From Eledone cirrhosa (taxonomy: Eukaryota), in the NCBI GenBank assembly GCA_964016885.1, contig OZ024740.1, forward strand, positions 195,734,001 through 195,798,000: DNA of 64,000 nucleotides, read 5' to 3'. Shown here piece after piece: positions 61,151 through 64,000 of this stretch (its first letter is position 1; each line of letters begins with the position of its first letter). The position numbers and the translations under genes are program-made. The notes under the pieces are model-generated. The model searched no databases and was not told the DNA's origin. It was given only the letters and a program-made list of their open reading frames with translations.

Positions 61151-61943
61151 GGTTTCTCTGTAACTGAAGATTTCACCAGCCAAAAGAAAATATTACCAAT
61201 TAGAAAGACCAAAGGAAACATTGTTTCCTTGGTCCAATTTGATGAAAGTCGATCAACTGATATATAGGTCCACTCCAACAACAACAAGGAATTTCTCAAG
61301 CCATCTCTCGATCAAATGTATTCTCTGTTTGTTTTTGTCATGATTTCTTTTATTGATTAATTAATTATGCAATCCGCAACTGACGATGTCCCAGGGCCTT
61401 ACGTCATAGTCGAATATGTAACTTGACTAGTGAAATATGTATAGTGCTTTTTGCATGATTAAAACTTTAAAAGGATATTTCTAGTTCGGCCTTCTGTTAT
61501 ATAAATATTTAACTCCGTTCTTGCACCAGCCACGGGATTCAACATCTACAATGGATGAGTTGCATAACGTAGAATGCTTTTCTCACGATTGCATCATGGT
61601 TAACTAAACAGAATGACCAGTTCCACCCATTGGTAAACTACACAACATAAATGGTATATATATATATATATATTTACCTAATATGTACTGTACTATCATA
61701 ACCTAACATTCTGGCTGCACCTTTCGATGCATGACAAACAGATTGGGATCGTGGAAACTGTTATAGCAGTCCAGGTACTGTATCATCTTACCCTCACGAA
61801 GTCGTCTTCCTCACTGACTAACGAAAGTGTGCACTCTGGCTAACTGAGTTCAAATTTTAATAATTTGAAATTAGTTGTTCATCGAGTGAGTGGGGAAAAG
61901 GCCGAAATTATGTCTGTTCTATTCGACTTGCTTCGTCTCCTAA

Positions 61944-61996
<53 letters not shown>

Positions 61997-62083
61997 TAAA
62001 GTGACAATAAGAATTGCAGCTATTTGTAAACTTTATTACATACGAGAACAAAAGTTACTATTTTACCGCTTAGTATTGTAGAA

Positions 62084-62482
62084 AACCGACTATTTTCAAA
62101 CTTTACACATGTAATACTTGTTTCAGGGAGTGTTCTGAGCAAAAAAAATTTCAAATTTTCAATGCCCTAGGGACCGCATTAGGCAATTTAGCGATCTGTC
62201 TCCGTAATGCAGACAGCCAGACATATAGACAGATATTATAAGGGCGCGACGTTATATGTATGTATCTATCTAAAAAGAGAAAGATTATAGAGAGAGATCG
62301 CTAAATAGCCTAATGCGGTCCCTAGGGCATTGAAAATTTGAAATTTCTTTTGCTCAGAACACTCCCTGAAACATAAGTATTACATGTGTAAAGTTTGAAA
62401 ACAGTCGGTTGGGTGCTTCTCGAGTTTTAAGGATTCAAATTCACACACACACACACAGACATCCTCAGTTTTATATATATAG
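62084..62482. mobile_element. Non-autonomous element with ~120-bp inverted arms (MITE or Helentron-like)
   Basis: 62084-62202 is inverted at 62292-62410. The end cacacagacatcctcagttttatatatataga resembles Helentron-associated termini. Confidence 0.55.
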
Positions 62483-62589
62483 ATAGATAATGTTGTTCTA
62501 GATACATTATGTTTAAGTAAAACAGGAAATGATTATAGTTGGAATGTTTTTAACCAATGGTCTATTCAATCAATTTCCAGCCTACTGAT

Positions 62590-63365
62590 TCACCAGTCTT
62601 GATATCACTTCCAACCCTGCTGTACATGTCAATACTATCCATGAAGATTATGATCAGGAGAGCTGACAGTATACACGCTTAGCTGGGTCTGGCACCCACA
62701 TTGAATGGTTTCAACTTAACACTATTTATCTGAACACAAATACTAAGTGATTCATATAGAGACATCAGGGCAACAAAAAGCTGTCCATCGATCCCATACT
62801 CCTGCAGAACTTTGCACAACAGGCTCCGTGGAATGTGGTCATATGCCTTTTCAAGGTGTATGAAACAAGCATACACCTCCTATGATTTCTCAAAGACCTG
62901 GCACAGTGTGAATATTTGGTTGGCTGTGCTGTGTCCAGCACATGTTCATCAGCTAGCTTCTACTTAACATTATCCCTACATTTCTTTGCCAGACAGTTAG
63001 CATAGACTTTACTGGGGAGGCTTAACAAGGAGACCACTCTATAATTGGAGCAATATATCTTGTCTCCCTTTTTAAAAATTGAAATTATCACTCGCAATCG
63101 CCATTGCTTAGGTGTCTTTCTAGAGATCCAGGCCACCCAGCACACATGAGTCAGCTGCGAAGATTGAGACACACATCCTCTCAAGGAAGCCAGCACAGTG
63201 CACTACTCTACATGTGAGTAGAGTTCCACTGAAGCAGGTAAAGAAGTTCAAGTATGTTGACGTCATATTCATGAGTGATGGAAGGCAGAAGGCTGAATTA
63301 AGTGCAAGAATTGGAGGAGCTGGTGCAGTAATGTGCCAGCTTCAGCATTCGGTCATCAGAAGATG
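62590..63365. mobile_element. Degenerate RTE-clade RT with a 5' inversion
   Basis: Minus 63196-62590 carries FKKGD..CSNYR, HLEKAYD and PFNVG. Plus 63205-63365 carries LKQVKKFKY...ELSARIG. Confidence 0.7.
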
Positions 63366-64000
63366 AGTTGTAGTTGTTCTTTGGGGATAGACTTAATTCA
63401 TTGCTCAGTTTAATTCTTAATATCTTTTAATAATTTAGCAGAAAATGTTTAAAAATGTGTTTGTTAATTCAAATGTATATAATATCTTTACTAGGGGATA
63501 GATAATTGTAAAAAGTTTGCTGTATTCGAGTAAAGACATTGATTTTTATTGTGATGCAACCATAGTGCTGTTTTGTTCTTTTCAAGAATGTCTAGTTAAA
63601 GTAGTCTCATGCAATACAGGACGTTAAGAATTAACACCATCTCTAGGACTGTGACGTTTTTAGCAAACCCAATTTTTGTAAATGTTTGGGTCATGTCTTT
63701 GGCCTGTAGAATATCCTTTCTCTCATTAGTTCAAAAGTTCTGGAAAAGACACCTACTTCTCCAGCAAAAAATATTTTTAGAACCTCACAAACATCTGCTC
63801 TTTGTGAAGAAGTTTAAACTAAATTGTTATATTTGTGGACTTTATTGCATGATTTTTGTCAATACATGTACAGCCACCACTAATCTCTTCATAAGGAATT
63901 TGATTTTTATTTGTTATAAAGTGTTATATTACTTTCATCTTTCGTCTTCATGTGAAAAAACAAAATGAGAAGGATGGGAAAAGAGAAGAAAGACTATGTT

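Overview
AT-rich, repeat-saturated animal genomic DNA. The SINE families and (AT)n/(TACA)n tracts suggest an octopod cephalopod (inference). Only one host coding exon is recognisable: coding exon 1 of PDSS2 on the minus strand (2874-3163). The rest is mobile or repetitive DNA: a near full-length CR1-clade LINE plus a 5'-truncated sister copy, two Gypsy LTR retrotransposons with both LTRs and TSDs, a Merlin/IS1016-type DNA transposon and a derivative, RTE and R4/Dong-type LINE pieces, a Penelope remnant with an inverted pLTR, a piggyBac-type MITE and many tRNA-derived SINEs. A ~22 kb composite tandem region (21182-43230) is built from a foldback element family. Most notable observations: (1) the foldback element's telomere-like central spacer ranges from ~50 bp to ~3.5-3.9 kb, becoming a diverged hexamer satellite; (2) several hammerhead-ribozyme motifs share a U.U pair at the base of stem II; (3) an in-phase G_GGA_AAC -1 frameshift site joins ORF1 to an AUG-less ORF2 in the CR1 element; (4) one Gypsy element has a U5-complementary hairpin in place of an adjacent tRNA PBS; (5) acceptor-plus-acidic exon-like cassettes recur inside the composite repeat. 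All comparisons were done by eye and no database searches were run.
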